Below are positions 24,640-37,500 of a stretch of 64,000 bases of DNA, in pieces. This DNA comes from Haliotis rubra (Eukaryota). Position numbers and translations under genes: made by a program. The notes beneath the pieces were generated by a model that was not told the DNA's origin, ran no database searches, and worked only from the letters and a program-made list of their open reading frames with translations. The first letter of the stretch is position 1. Each line of letters begins with the position of its first letter. The stretch covers positions 868,001 through 932,000 of the forward strand of contig NW_025765692.1 of NCBI RefSeq assembly GCF_003918875.1. The letters are read 5' to 3'.

Positions 24640-25519
24640 GGTGTTCGCTTGTTACCCCGAAGACCCGGGTACATGGGTACAATGTGTGAAGCCCATTTCT
24701 GGTGTCCCCCGCTGTGACATTGCTAGAATATTGTTAATAAAGCGCAAAATTAAAATCGGTCACAATTCTTGAACATTGTCCGCGACCTTGAGGCAGATGC
24801 TCGCACGTGAAGCCGTGTTAAGTAGAAGAGGAAGAGACCCGGAAACGGGTTACGGTTTCCAGCTTACCAATATCGACCGACTCATCTACCTCGACCACTT
24901 TCTGCATCGTTACACATCTGCACGTTGATATGAGACACAAATCATAATTAATATTTGTCCACAAATCTGTATGTTTATTCCCACGTAACGCTGACGAATG
25001 AACTTTGTATCACGTCGTTCGTGCATTAGAGATTAACAGGATAATTAGTATCACATTGTGAGATTCCCAGTTGTGAGACAGTGGAGTTGAATGATCACAT
25101 GTAATTGTCTGTTAATTATCGCTAATCAGGGGATTAACGACGGATTAGCCATTGGTGTGTCTACAACCACGTGGCTGCTATTCTACTAATCATGCTACGT
25201 TTACTCTGTAACATGCTGTAGGGAACAGGGAAACGTACGTTGATAACGATCACATATAACGTAAGGTTAACTGTATGGAGTGTGTACATATTAACCTCAC
25301 AGGGTTTTCCACCTTTCAGGTTCCTTCTAAACGAGATTTCAGTGTGGCATCGCCTGATGTGCCGCCATTTCGAGTCAGTATGAAACACGATAGCCCTGAC
25401 ACAATTCATTTTATAAATATGGCGGAAATTATAGAGCGTGTGTTAAACTCGAAGGGATCTAGAGATTCGAGTTGATAATATGAATAATATGATAGTACAG
25501 ACAATCTGTACGACATGTA

Positions 25520-25800
25520 AACTGACTGACTGAGTTTGGTTTTACAACGCTTTTAGCAATATTCCAGCAACATCACGGCGGGGACACCAGAAATGGGCTT
25601 CACACATTGTACCCAACGACATGTAGAGAACATAAGTGAATGACTAAGTGATTTTAATTTTACGCCGCTTTTGGCAATAATCCAGCAATATCGCGGCTGG
25701 AGACACCCGAAATGGGCTTCATACATTAATGTGAGCAATGAAACCCGGGTCTTCGGCGTGAAGAGCGAACGCTTTAACCACTGGGCTACCCCATCGCCTC
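25520..25800 (-). mobile_element. Two adjacent SINE family A copies (3' half 25520-25615; near-full 25645-25800)
   Basis: Reverse-complement matches, including the A box (ccactgggctacccc). Confidence 0.85.
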
Positions 25801-25981
25801 GGCACACTACCGACACAACATGATGGACTAAACTAGTTCTGTTGCTGTTTCACGCAGTATGCACTTTCATGGTAGACACGAATCCAGTCAAATGGACCGG
25901 AAAACATGACGTCAAAAGGACGACAGAGCAACTCGACATGTGTGCCGGCGAACTGATCCTCTTCGCTTAGAACTGAAGCAA

Positions 25982-26215
25982 ACTAACGCTTAGTCTCTGA
26001 TAATATATAATTTTGATAGACACAAATTAATTATTCTAATTTGAAATAGAGCCCCGGTGAGGTGGGAGACATAACCTGGTGAAATCTAGACTTGGTTCAT
26101 TTACAGGGAGGGCTAGGCAGTAGGGAAAATAATATGGTTCAGGGACTGTGAGACAGACTAGAACTGAAGGCGTTATGACAAAACCCCCATGGCTACAATC
26201 TACACAGGCCTTGTT
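25982..26215 (-). mobile_element. Family D copy
   Basis: Reverse complement of 5745-5963. Confidence 0.7.
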
Positions 26216-27104
26216 GTGACGTAATCTACTTTGTACGTTAATTGGCGTTAAAGAGCCTAAAGCCAAGTGTTACACAACTGAAGCAGCCTTGACCGTGGTG
26301 ACCACGAGGTCTGGGGTCCACACAAAACAGTGACCGATGTGTTTGCCTCTTACAACACATTGCTGCATGTATAAACACTTACCACAGTGCCTACAGGCAA
26401 GCAGTAACGACAAGAGGGCCGACGTTTTTTTATCTGCTGGCGGATTTAGTCGCCTTCACCGTACACCTGCCTAAATTATGCATGTCCTACATCTGGAGCG
26501 CGTGTAAAGTCTTCAGTGTTCTAACAAAGCTTGATGTCATTTCCTAAACTACACCTATACGCTACTTGTCATTTTCCCATCATTTTATGCAATTCCGTGA
26601 TTTCAACATAAGACACGTCTTTTAAACACACTGATTGTTGTGCTAAATCAGATCACTACCCCGGGATTAATGTACGTTCACCATAGCGCCGGTTCCAGTT
26701 AGCCCTGGTCGAGGAACATGTCTGCGCAGATGACAAATCGTTATGTCTAATTACGTCTTATCGCAAATTTAACATCTTCACTGACCACGTATGTTATCGC
26801 CTGTCATTCACACGAATTCGCTAACGTGATCTGGTTTACTGGGTATAATACTTCAACAATCATTTTCATTATTTAAAAGAAGTTTTTGACGTCCGTAGAG
26901 TTATAGGAGAAAGTAGCTTACAATGGCTTCAGATATATGGACATTCTTCAGACATTCGTTTATCTGGACAATATTTTGGAAAAACGTAAGTGTCCAGATA
27001 AGCGAGGTTTGTATTTATGTTAGGTTTCCAGACTGGGGTTCGTATTTCAGCGGTTTCATCGAGTTTGTCAAATCTTTATTTTGATCAACATAAGAGTTGG
27101 GCTT

Positions 27105-27300
27105 ATTTTATTGAATTCGTTCAACCTACAAGTCTTTAGTCATTATTCCCATGACGCCCGACTGATAAATCAAACTATGTTAAACTACTTTATTCATCTC
27201 TTGTTATTTCTTTTTATTGAATTCGATAAATCTACAAGTCTTTTGTCATTAGTCCCATGACGCCCGACTGATGAATCAAAATATTTAAACTACGTTATTC
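27105..27300. repeat. Local tandem duplication, about 106-bp period, 2 copies
   Basis: ttattgaattcg..ctacaagtcttt..cccatgacgcccgactga occurs twice. Confidence 0.8.
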
Positions 27301-28399
27301 ACCTGTTCGTTGAAGACTCTTAAACATACTGCGAACCCATTGATAAAAGTGTGCCATAAGTTCACAGAATACCAGGGACTATGCGAGTCACAGCATATTG
27401 AATACATGTGTTGTGCAATCTATGCTAATTTATATAACTCAAATTTTATGCTTATCTGTTTCCTCACATGTGTGTGACATTTCCATCAACTATGTCTTAC
27501 TGAACCTAACAATGGCTCTCTGTCAGTATGGTAGAGGCTAACATTGGTTTCGGGTTTCTTTCAGCATAAATACATAACACAGTGGCCGACAGTGCATATT
27601 GTGACAAAAGAATATCTTAAGCGAATACAATAACACTGGGTGTAGTACACTCACCATACAGGTATCTTCTTTGTAGTAAATCCTGTAACACTTTATTTTT
27701 CAAAGATTTGACAGGGTTATTGGCGGAATAATACCATATCTATATTTAAAGTGTGTGTGTGTGTGTGTGTCACTGTGTGTTGGGGGTGGGGGTTCGTGTT
27801 TTGTTTTGTCCTTACATCAGTATGACGACAGGAACTCCTCCCTTGTCTTGTAACGTTGTACGTATGTTTGGCTGAACTGACGTTTGAGTATGATGACCAA
27901 GAATTCTCCACTAATGTGTTACGGAAGTAAAACTATTGAATCTTATCTGGCCGGACATAACTACGCGGGGACCGGATTCAATCTCACTTCAGTCATATGG
28001 ATATTTGTAACGTGGGCCATATTGTCCCGCAGTGAAAGTATTCAAAACTTAAAGTGAAAACTAAAATCACCTCATTACGCGACTTTCCGTGCTATTCTTC
28101 CTCCGTCTGTACATACGTTTCACATTCCTGATTATTTCCACGAAGCACGTGCTTCAATATTTCTGTCGCAGTTTCTGTAAAATGCATCAATTAAAACGTG
28201 TCCGTTTGTCTGGTAAATAAACAAACACTCACCTTTGTTTTAGTACGTGTAAACAGCTAAATGAGAAACCACAAACGCGTGCCACATCATACAGGGTCAC
28301 TAAGAGGATATATAATAATGTTCAGTTTTGAAACATACTCGTTTGTTTCTATAACACAAATGTTTTCATGTTATTATTTACTTTAAAACCTCTGTTTGT

Positions 28400-29300
28400 G
28401 TACGGAAGGTGTCCTCTTATAAGTAGCAACATTACGCGTAAATGTTTCTGCGACTTCTAATTCAACTGCTCCGCGTCACTTCTTTTACCTGATACCAGTC
28501 GACCTGAAACGCCCCCAGCCACAGTGCCATGAGTCACGGGACCGGTTGTATCAGTTGTGTTAGCCCCGCACCAACCGCAATACCGGACCTATCACAACGC
28601 ACCCAGTTGAGGTGATCAGTACTGCAGCGAAAGGTCCAAGCGGCGGGTGTACATTGAATCTCTCAGTAGTAGCATGCCTTACTGCTGGGCACATGGACAC
28701 GATACTGTGTTCTATTGGAGTACATTCCGGAGTGTGTTATATTGTTTGTGTCACGTTTGAGCCGGAAACCTCGTCTCGACAGTGAGTGGTCTACCCTCGA
28801 ACATAAGGTACAGATAGAGGTGTCTGAGGCGGTGTCACTGACATTATCACGAAAGGTGGTCCACTTGCGTGATATCAACGATCTTTACAAATAATCAAAT
28901 AATCTTCATTATGAGAGGACATTATTTACAAGACCGGGTGCTTGTTTGTGGTTTTCAATTCCTCTTTCCCGCGTGTATTGTAATGCAGACACAGCAGACG
29001 TCCTTGCCCGAGAGAAGAACACAGGGTATTCAGTGAATTGAGTCTTGGTCCACAGACTACACACGGACGGCATTTCCTTTTGCGATACTGCTATCAGCGT
29101 TCGCTTACGGTGACCGGCAACCTGGGAGGTCACACGCTCCGTATTTTAGAGAAGCTAAAAATAAACACTTCGGAATTTAAACAGGAGGAATCCCCTAGTC
29201 TTCCATCAACACTGTCTCTCACAAGTGCAGGTGTCCGTGGATCATAGTGGGAGTGTGGATGTAAATCTTAGGCCATGGTGTTGTGTGCGTGAAACTGAGC
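28400..29300. promoter_or_regulatory. CpG-rich putative (bidirectional) promoter and first-exon region upstream of CPES
   Basis: Visibly CpG-rich and repeat-free. A + strand donor AAG|gtacag at 28807/8 and a - strand donor CAG|gtaaaa at 28489/8 diverge from about 28.55-28.65 kb. Confidence 0.5.
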
Positions 29301-29473
29301 GGGAATGTAGTAGGCAGGTGCTCTAGATTCAGCTAGGTCACCCTGCCTCCATGTGATGCGAAGTGCTGCTGATGCTGTCGGAGTCACAACATGGCCGAAT
29401 ACAAGGTTACAAGGTTTTAACTTCCAAAGAGCTTCCGGTCTTCAGATTCCTTCCGGTGGTTGTGACAGAAACG

Positions 29474-30250
29474 ATGGTGCCTTTTTGTTCATTTCAGATC
29501 TTCCGCGAGGAGAAGAATGTGTTAATATGTCTAGGGACTATCATAACGGTGTTTTACATCATCATGGATATAATATTGTACACTGTCCTCCAAGACACAG
29601 TGCTGTCAGTTCCCCAGACCCTCCCAGGTCACGCCTACTCCCCCTTCTATCCTCTGACTATGAAGTTGATCATGACTGATCCCACGAGTCACTATGTTAT
29701 TAAGCCAACTTCAGAAATATTCAATCAAGTGACAGGATTTAGTACAGTCTTTTTCTTTGTAACAGCAAATATGATTAGCTTTTCCCATGTGATCATTGCA
29801 CTCATTGCAGGGAAGTTTATAGCGTCCGAATGTATCAGGGACCGTCGGTTTGGCTTGATATTATTTGAATTCAGAACATGGTTAGATGGTCTTGACGGCG
29901 TTGTCTTCCGAAGCAGAGCCAAAGACTTCGCCTACCATTCCCACAGAAACAGTTCGGGATACTACATTGATCTATTGTGTGACACTATTGGTGGCTTTGC
30001 ATTATCTACAGGTGCGCTTTTCTACCTGTTCAAATACTTTGAGAAGAAGGCTGTGGATGTACCACTGTGGACAAAGAACGGCACCAATGGTTCTACCAAT
30101 GGACATACAAGTGTACCCAGTAAAAAGCTGATATTGTGGAAAATTTTCTGTTATGGTATACTGATTGGTCTGTCCAGCAAGTGTTGGGATATGCTTGTTG
30201 ACCAGATGGAGGGACTGTTTGAGAAACCTATAAACGACGCAGCTCTGACG
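29474..30250 (+). CDS. Cpes: Ceramide phosphoethanolamine synthase, coding exon 1 (start codon uncertain; frame open from 29363)
   Basis: N-terminal TM segment, NMISFSH, and CDP-alcohol phosphotransferase motif DGLDGVVFR-x15-GYYIDLLCD; donor ACG|gtaagg at 30250, phase 0. Confidence 0.9.
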
Positions 30251-30824
30251 GTAAGGAATGCTCTGATTTAGTTTATATAATGTTTTATACAAAGTGTTTC
30301 ACTAATATACAGTATGTTGATAAGGCTTAAATGTGTGCATGCATGTTTTTCATCAATATGAAAATGTGTTTTCTGCTTTGGTGATGTTTACATAACAGTA
30401 ATTGTGCTGTGTAGAGTTCATCTCTACTTTCTGGAATAGACACATTTCTAAATGTAACAGTGGGACAATTTACTGTGCATCAAGACCACACAGCCAAAGA
30501 TTCATTTAAATTTAATCTAAAACAGCAGCTCAGTGTTTGGTGAATGCAAACAAAATGACCTTTCAGACGCCCAACCCATTACCTGTATAATGTGAAGGCA
30601 TGCAGGTGTGTTTTTTCATCAGGTGGGATGTCCGGACTGTGTTTGTATAGAGGCAGTAGCTGTTGTAGTGTAACGTGAACTGGCCATCTGACCTGGATCT
30701 GTCATGCATCTCTCCCCAGCAACACACACTCACATCCTCAGAAACAATTGCATGCTAGTGTTACTAGCTGATTAACAAGGTGTTGTAATGCGTGTGGCAT
30801 GTCTGTTATTTAGGCTAATGACAT

Positions 30825-32890
30825 CATTGCACTGTTCCTGCTAATGTAGGATCATTATGAGGACTAAATGTAGGATCATTATGAGGACCTCGCTGTTCCT
30901 GCTAAATGTAGGATCATTATGAGCCTCGCTTTCCCTTAATGTAGGATCATTATGAGGACCTTGTTCCTAAGGATCATTATGAGGACTAAATGTAGGGATC
31001 ATTATAGGGACCAGCTAAATGTAGGATCATTATGAGGACCTCACTCCTCTAAATGTAGGATCATTATGAGGACCTGGCTGTTCCTGCTAATGTAGGATCA
31101 TTATGAGGACCTCGCTGTTCCCTAATGTAAATGTAGGATCATTATGAGGACCTCACTGTTCCTGCTGTGGACCTCGTTCCTGCTAAATGTAGGATCATTA
31201 TGAGGACCTCGCTGTTCCTGCTAATGTAGGATCATTATGAGGACCTCGCTGTTCCTGCTAAATGTAGGATCATTATGAGGACCTCGCTGTTCCTGCTCAT
31301 CATGAGGACCTAAGCTGTGTAGGATCCTGCTAATGTAGGATCATTATGAGGACCTCGCTGTTCCTGCTAAATGTAGGATCATTATGAGGACCTCTGTTCC
31401 TGCTAAATGTAGGATCATTATGAGGACCTCGCTGTTCCTGCTAAATGTAGGATCATTATGAGGACCTCGCTGTTCCTGCTAATGTAGGATCATTATGAGG
31501 ACCTCGCTGTTCCTGCTAAATGTAGGATCATTATGAGGATTAATGTAGGATCATTATGGACCTCGCTGTTCCTGCTAAATGTAGGATCATTATGAGGACC
31601 TCTGTTGTTCCTGCTAATGTAGGATCATTATGAGGACCTCTGCTGTTCCCTAAATGTAGGATCATTATGAGGACCTCTAATGTAGGAATCTACAGGCTGT
31701 TCCTGCTAAATGTAGGATCATTATGAGGAGGACCTCGCTGTTCCTGCTAAATGTAGGATCATTATGAGGACCTCGCTGTTCCTGCTAAATGTAGGATCAT
31801 TATGAGGACCTCTGCTGTTCCTGCTAAATGTAGGATCCTCGCTGTTCCTGCTAAATGTAGGATCATTATGAGGACCTCACTGTTCCTGCTAAATGTAGGA
31901 TCATTATGAGGACCTCGCTGTTCCTGCTAAATGTAGGATCATTATGAGGACCCTGCTAAATGTAGGATCATTATGAGGACTGTTCCTGCTAAATGTAGGA
32001 TCATTATGAGGACCCCAGCTGTTCCTGCAAATGTAGGATCATTATGAGGGATCATTGTAGGGAGGATCATTATGAGGACCTCATTGTTCCCTGCTAAATG
32101 TAGGATCATTATGAGGACCTCGCTGTTCCTGCTAAATGTAGGATCATTATGAGGGGCTGTTCCTGCTAAATGTGGATCATTATGAGGATCATTATGAGGA
32201 CCCTGTTCCTGCTAAATGTAGGATCATTATGAGGACCTCGCTGTTCCTGCTAAATGTAGGATCATTATGAGGACCTCACTGTTCCTGCTAAATGTAGGAT
32301 CATTATGAGGACCCTGCTAAATGTAGGATCATTATGAGGACCTCGCTGTTCCTGCTAAATGTAGGATCATTATGAGGACCTACAGCTGTTCCTGCTAAAT
32401 GTAGGATCATTATGACCTAAGCTGTTCCTGCTAAATGTAGGATCATTATGAGGACCTTGCTGTTCCTAAAATGTAGGATCATTCAGCTGTTCCTGCTAAA
32501 GGATCATCAGCTGAGGTTCTGTTCTGCTAAATGTAGGATCATTATGAGGACCTCATTGTTCCTGCTTAATGTAAGATCATTATGAGAACCCTGTTCCTGC
32601 TAAATGTAGGATCATTATGAGGACCCTCGCTGTTCCTCATTATGAGGACCTCACTGTTCCTGCTAGGGGGATCATTATGAGGTCATTGTTCCTGCTTAAT
32701 GTAGGATCATTATGAGGACCTCGCTGTTCCTGCTAAATGTAGGATCATTATGAGGACATTGTTCCTGCTTAATGTAGGATCATTATGAGGACCTCGCTGT
32801 TCCTGCTAAATGTAGGATCATTATGAGGACCTCATTGTTCCTGCTTAATGTAGGATCATTATGAGGACCTTGCTGTTCCTGCTAAATGTA
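30825..32890. repeat. 38-bp minisatellite (ctcgctgttcctgctaaatgtaggatcattatgaggac)n in CPES intron
   Basis: Period 38 (31734 and 31772); many indels. Confidence 0.95.
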
Positions 32891-33184
32891 CAGTCATTTG
32901 GAGGACGTAGTTAAACTAGTCATTGTGAACTCTTGCCCCACTCCATAAGAATCCGTTCATCTGTCACAAAACAGCCTGAAGCTCTCCAGGCCATTAACTT
33001 CTATAGCTGAATTAAATGCCCACGTATACAAATGTAAAGTGTGTGTTCTTTTGTTGCATACTGGATGCTTATCACAATCAGATTCAAAGTCATGTCCTGA
33101 ATCTTAGCACTCAGGATTACTAATCCAATGATCAAATATCATGACCGTACATGACACCTGTCCCGTCATAGTTACAGACGAGGA

Positions 33185-33590
33185 TACCCGTTAAGGTCCA
33201 GGTTAGAATGAACCTTCAGTAACCCGTGAAGGCCTGGGTTAGAACGTACCTTCAGTAACCCGTGAAGGCCTGGGTTAGAATGTACCTTCAGTAACCCGTG
33301 AAGGCCTGGGTTAGAATGAACCTTCAGTAACCCGTGAAGGTCCGGGTTAGAATGTACCTTCAGTAACCCATGCTTGTCGTAAGACTAACGGTGCGACTAA
33401 CGGGATCGGGTGGTCAGGCTCGCTGACTTGGTTGACACATGTCATCGGTTCCCAATTGCACAGATCGATGTTCATGCTGTTGATCACTGGATTGTCTGGT
33501 CCAGACTCGATTATTTACAGACCGCTGCCATGTAGCTGGAATATTGCTGAGCGCGGCGTAAAAATAACTCACTCACTCACTCACTCACTC
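33185..33590 (+). mobile_element. SINE family B with its 36-bp 5' end tandemly amplified about 5 times; (CTCA)n tail
   Basis: aacccgtgaaggcctgggttagaatgtaccttcagt repeats at 33221, 33257 and onward, followed by the full SINE body. Confidence 0.88.
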
Positions 33591-34309
33591 ACAGACAAGG
33601 GAGGGCACACATGGCAGTTGCAAACAGGTTGTGTATGATAGTGATTCATTAGACAAATCATTGTGACATAAGGTGAAACATACATTGATCTCCTTAATAT
33701 GAAAGGGCTTTTGCCACTTTTATTTAGTCATAAAAGAAACAACATGACTTGGGAAATATTTATTCTAAGTTGGGAATTGTTTGCTAATATTTGCTGCAGA
33801 CATGGGCGGGAATATCGACTTATTCAGGTAATGACAGATTAATGGCTATTGAATTGAATTGTCTTGAGCAAAACATTAAGCCCCATTTCATCTCTCACCT
33901 TGTCAGTCATTACCTTACTTATAAACTAGCAAACGTCCTGTTCATGATGGGTTGCAGCTAAACTGTGTGATAATGGCATGTGATAACACTTCTATAGTTG
34001 GAGAGGATGTAAGCATGGTAACAGCAGGTGGGTAAGTTACGGGATCACATTCCACCCCCGGAGGCAAAACTGGCTTATCCTCACTCACCCTGGGACACTG
34101 CCTCATGCCATGTTACAATGTGTACGTCCTGCCGAACTCCAGGTCATCGTAATATAGGTCATGTGTGACTGCTGATCCCGGTCATGTGAATCAGGTTTAT
34201 GGATACAGCCAGTGTACAGGTTCTCATGCCTGGCTGTATGATATACATGTATACACCATTTATAATATCAGCTCATATCATGCAGGATAATCACCAGTGA
34301 TTCTGTGAA

Positions 34310-35540
34310 TATGTCATATTTGATAATCTCCAATGATAATAATAACAGTATATCAAGTTTAATAATCTCCAGTGAGGAAAATAATAGAATATCATATTTG
34401 ATCATTTCCAGTGAGGAGAATAACAGTAACAGTGTATCCAGGGCCCCGTTCCTCAAAGCGATCGTAGCGCTACGACTGTCGTAAGTCTATGTTAAAGTAT
34501 GGGAGTTACGATCATCTTAGCGCTACGATCGCTTTGAGGAACAGGGCCCTGTTTAATAATCTCCAGGGACGATGACAACAGTGTATCATATTTGATCATT
34601 TACAGTGAGGATAATAGCAGTAACAGTGTATCATGTTTAATAATCTCCAGGGACGATGACAACAGTGTATCATATTTGATCATTTACAGTGAGGATAATA
34701 GCAGTAACAGTGTATCATGTTTAATAATCTCCAGGGACGATGACAACAGTGTATCATATTTGATCATTTCCAGTGAGGATAATAACAATATCATATTTGA
34801 TCATTTCCAGTGAGGATAATAGCAGTATATCATATTTGATAGTATGTGTGGCTGTCAATAGTTTAGTAATTGACTTCCGTTGATCAATGCACAGCACAAA
34901 ATACAGGAAGTACGAGATTCATTCACTTTGATTTAGTGTCATCCACCCCTGTTACCTCTTAGCAAATTTGATCTGGGTTTCAAGTTTTTTGTCAGTTATC
35001 AAAAGAGACAGAGACTACTTCAGCTTGCTTTTATTTCATATAAACTATACATTCATTCGGGAAATAACTTTGAGACAATTCAAGGAGAAAATACTATTGC
35101 AATAGTTGGTCCCAATAGACTATCGCTATCGCAATAGTTATTTCTCCCTCAATAGTCACCCCTAATATCATATTTGATCATCTTCAGTGAGGTTTATAAC
35201 AGAATGTCATATTTGATCATCTTCAGTGAGGATAATAACAGAATGTCATATTTGATCATCTTCAGTGAGGATATTAACGAATGTAATATTTGATCATCTT
35301 CAGTGAGGATAATAACAGAATGTCATATTTGATCATCTTCAGTGAGGATATTAACGGATGTCATATTTGATCATCTTCAGTGAGGATATTAACGAATGTC
35401 ATATTTGATCATCTTCAGTGAGGATATTAACGGATGTCATATTTGATCATCTTCAGTGAGGATATTAACGGATGTCATATTTGATCATCTTCAGTGAGGA
35501 TATTAACGGATGTCATATTTGATCATCTTCAGTGAGGATG
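34310..35540. repeat. About 38-bp minisatellite (catatttgatcatcttcagtgaggat...) in two blocks (34310-34840, 35165-35540)
   Basis: Seen directly; interrupted by insertions. Confidence 0.85.
34439..34551. mobile_element. About 110-bp foldback MITE (Harbinger-like, CAG/CTG flanks) inserted into a minisatellite unit
   Basis: cagggccccgttcctcaaagcgatcgtagcgcta ... tagcgctacgatcgctttgaggaacagggccctg. Confidence 0.85.
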
Positions 35541-37004
35541 ACAATGCAGGGATAGAAGTGCAATTTTTTCAAAGGTGTCATCGGGAACCAGACAGATAAT
35601 TTAGGTGTGTCTTTATGAAAATGAGCGGGTCCATATCTTTTGATGATCTGATTAAACTTAAAACATAACAACATTTACATCATTTCAGTTTATATTTCAA
35701 TAAATCAGTAAACATCATGTACAGCTGTAAACCTGATAGCCGGATCTCCTAAAACACTATCAAGGCTGTCACAGTAATTCTCCTTCATTTATCCTGGGTC
35801 CATAAACTAAGCCACAAACTATATTATCATCCAAAACCTGATTTCCTGTAATGCGTACTGGCATTCAAAATGGTCAGTCCCATGTTAAACTGTGAGATTG
35901 AAAATGCCATTGATAAACAGTTTGATGAGGTGCAAAAGTAGGTTTTGAACTGATGATATCAACTTACAGAGATTTATCTCGAGTCCTGTATTTGAGGGTC
36001 CCTGGGACTCATACTCAATTTTCAGGGGTCCCAGACACTTAAATATTATTATTAATAATGTTATTGCATTGTGTATCATCATCATATTAATTGTTACAGT
36101 AATTAAATTGCAAATGAAACCATAACCCAGCTAGTAGCAAACTCAGGGATAACCTATTGTAGTTTATATTTTTTCTGCGTCCCTGTGGATGTGCTAATAA
36201 TTTTGTTGCGACCATTGTCATGTAACTAGTAATTGTTGTGATAATCATACAGTTTGTTTTGACTTCCTGTTTATAGTTTCCTGATACTCCGGAATGTCTG
36301 GTCTAAAAATAGCCATCTAATATGACAGACAGCCACTCAAGCAGCTGGGCTGATCAATACCACAGAGAAGGCCACATTCTGACAGTGACAGACAGATGAT
36401 GGTATTTATACTATTACCAGAGGAACTGGCACAGCAAAGCATTAATTGTGTAGTTTTCACCTCATCTAGAGTGGAGTCTTGTTCTGATTGTCTAACACTC
36501 TCCAGCAGTGATTGTACACTTGTTGATCAAAATAACAAGTTTCCAAGCTCTTGGTCTGGAACAACAGAGGGGATTCCCCGCAGGATATACGTCATGGTGA
36601 CTCAATCTTCTTAGTCTGTAGCAGATGTCCTGATGTTCATCTGCACTGTTAGAGAACAGTCGTTGACATCCTCAAGTTAAACAGCAGCTGATGCACAGCA
36701 GAGCATTTTACCTCACCGTGCATCAATACATCAATTTCCAAACTATTGATTTTCCCATGTGCCTGTGCACAGCAACAAACTCATGGATAGGTATTCCAAA
36801 AGCAAGCATTGGTATTGCAAGATGTTGCAGTTTACCCAGGCAGGGAGATTCTTCATGTAGCTAGTTCTGTACTTATTGCCTCACTCCACAACAGCCAGAC
36901 TTCTTGACCTCATTCTCAATGCTAAATATATGCCTTGTATGAAGGAAAAGAGGAGTTCGAGATTTATTGTGTATCTCACAATAAGTGTATGTTGTGTCTA
37001 ATGT

Positions 37005-37500
37005 AGGTAGTTGTACAGCTGTAACACAGGTATTTGTACAGCTGTAATGTAGATATTTGTACAGCTGTAATGTAGATATTTGTACAGCTCTGATGTAGCT
37101 AGGTGTACAGCTCCACTGTAGATATTTGTACAGCTCTGATGTAGATCTTTATACAGCTCTAATGTAGATATTTGTACAGCTCTAATGTAGATATTTGTAC
37201 AGCTCTGATGTAGCTAGGTGTACGGCTCCACTGTAGATATTTGTACAGCTCCACTGTAGATATTTGTACAGCTCTAATGTAGATATTTGTACAGCTCTGA
37301 TGTAGATATTTGTACAGCTCTAATGTAGATATTTGTACAGCTCTCATGTAGATATTTGTACAGCTCTGATGTAGATATTTGTACAGCTCTGATGTAGATA
37401 TTTGTACAGCTCCAAAGTCCAATGTAGATATTTGTTTAGCTCCAATGTAGCTATTTATGCAGCTCTAACATAGGTATTCCTGCCAGTTTTAACATAGGTT
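37005..37500. repeat. 23-bp minisatellite (tgtagatatttgtacagctctga)n
   Basis: Period 23 (37261 and 37284). Confidence 0.92.

Larger units (their letters stand above)
22891..24745 (+). mobile_element. SINE family A split in two (head 22891-22914, body 24641-24745) by a MULE fragment
   Basis: gggcggcgggtagcctagttgtta resumes as gtgttcgcttgttaccccgaagacccggg, colinear with the intact copy at 19517. Confidence 0.75.

Noticed and set aside
22911-24858. gttacggttt direct repeat as a MULE TSD
   Set aside because: The enclosed ends are not inverted repeats, and the split SINE places the insert boundaries at about 22915-24640.
4860-28500. snoRNA host-gene explanation for the short - strand exons
   Set aside because: I found no convincing box C/D or H/ACA units with terminal stems by eye; a snoscan/Infernal run is needed to exclude it.
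29353-30292. Overlapping ORFs (29353-29679, 29725-29922, 29886-30131, 30002-30292)
   Set aside because: They are shadow frames of the CPES exon.
30825-32890. Irregular indel pattern in the 38-bp array as an encoded signal
   Set aside because: It is more simply explained by slippage or long-read consensus errors in a tandem array.
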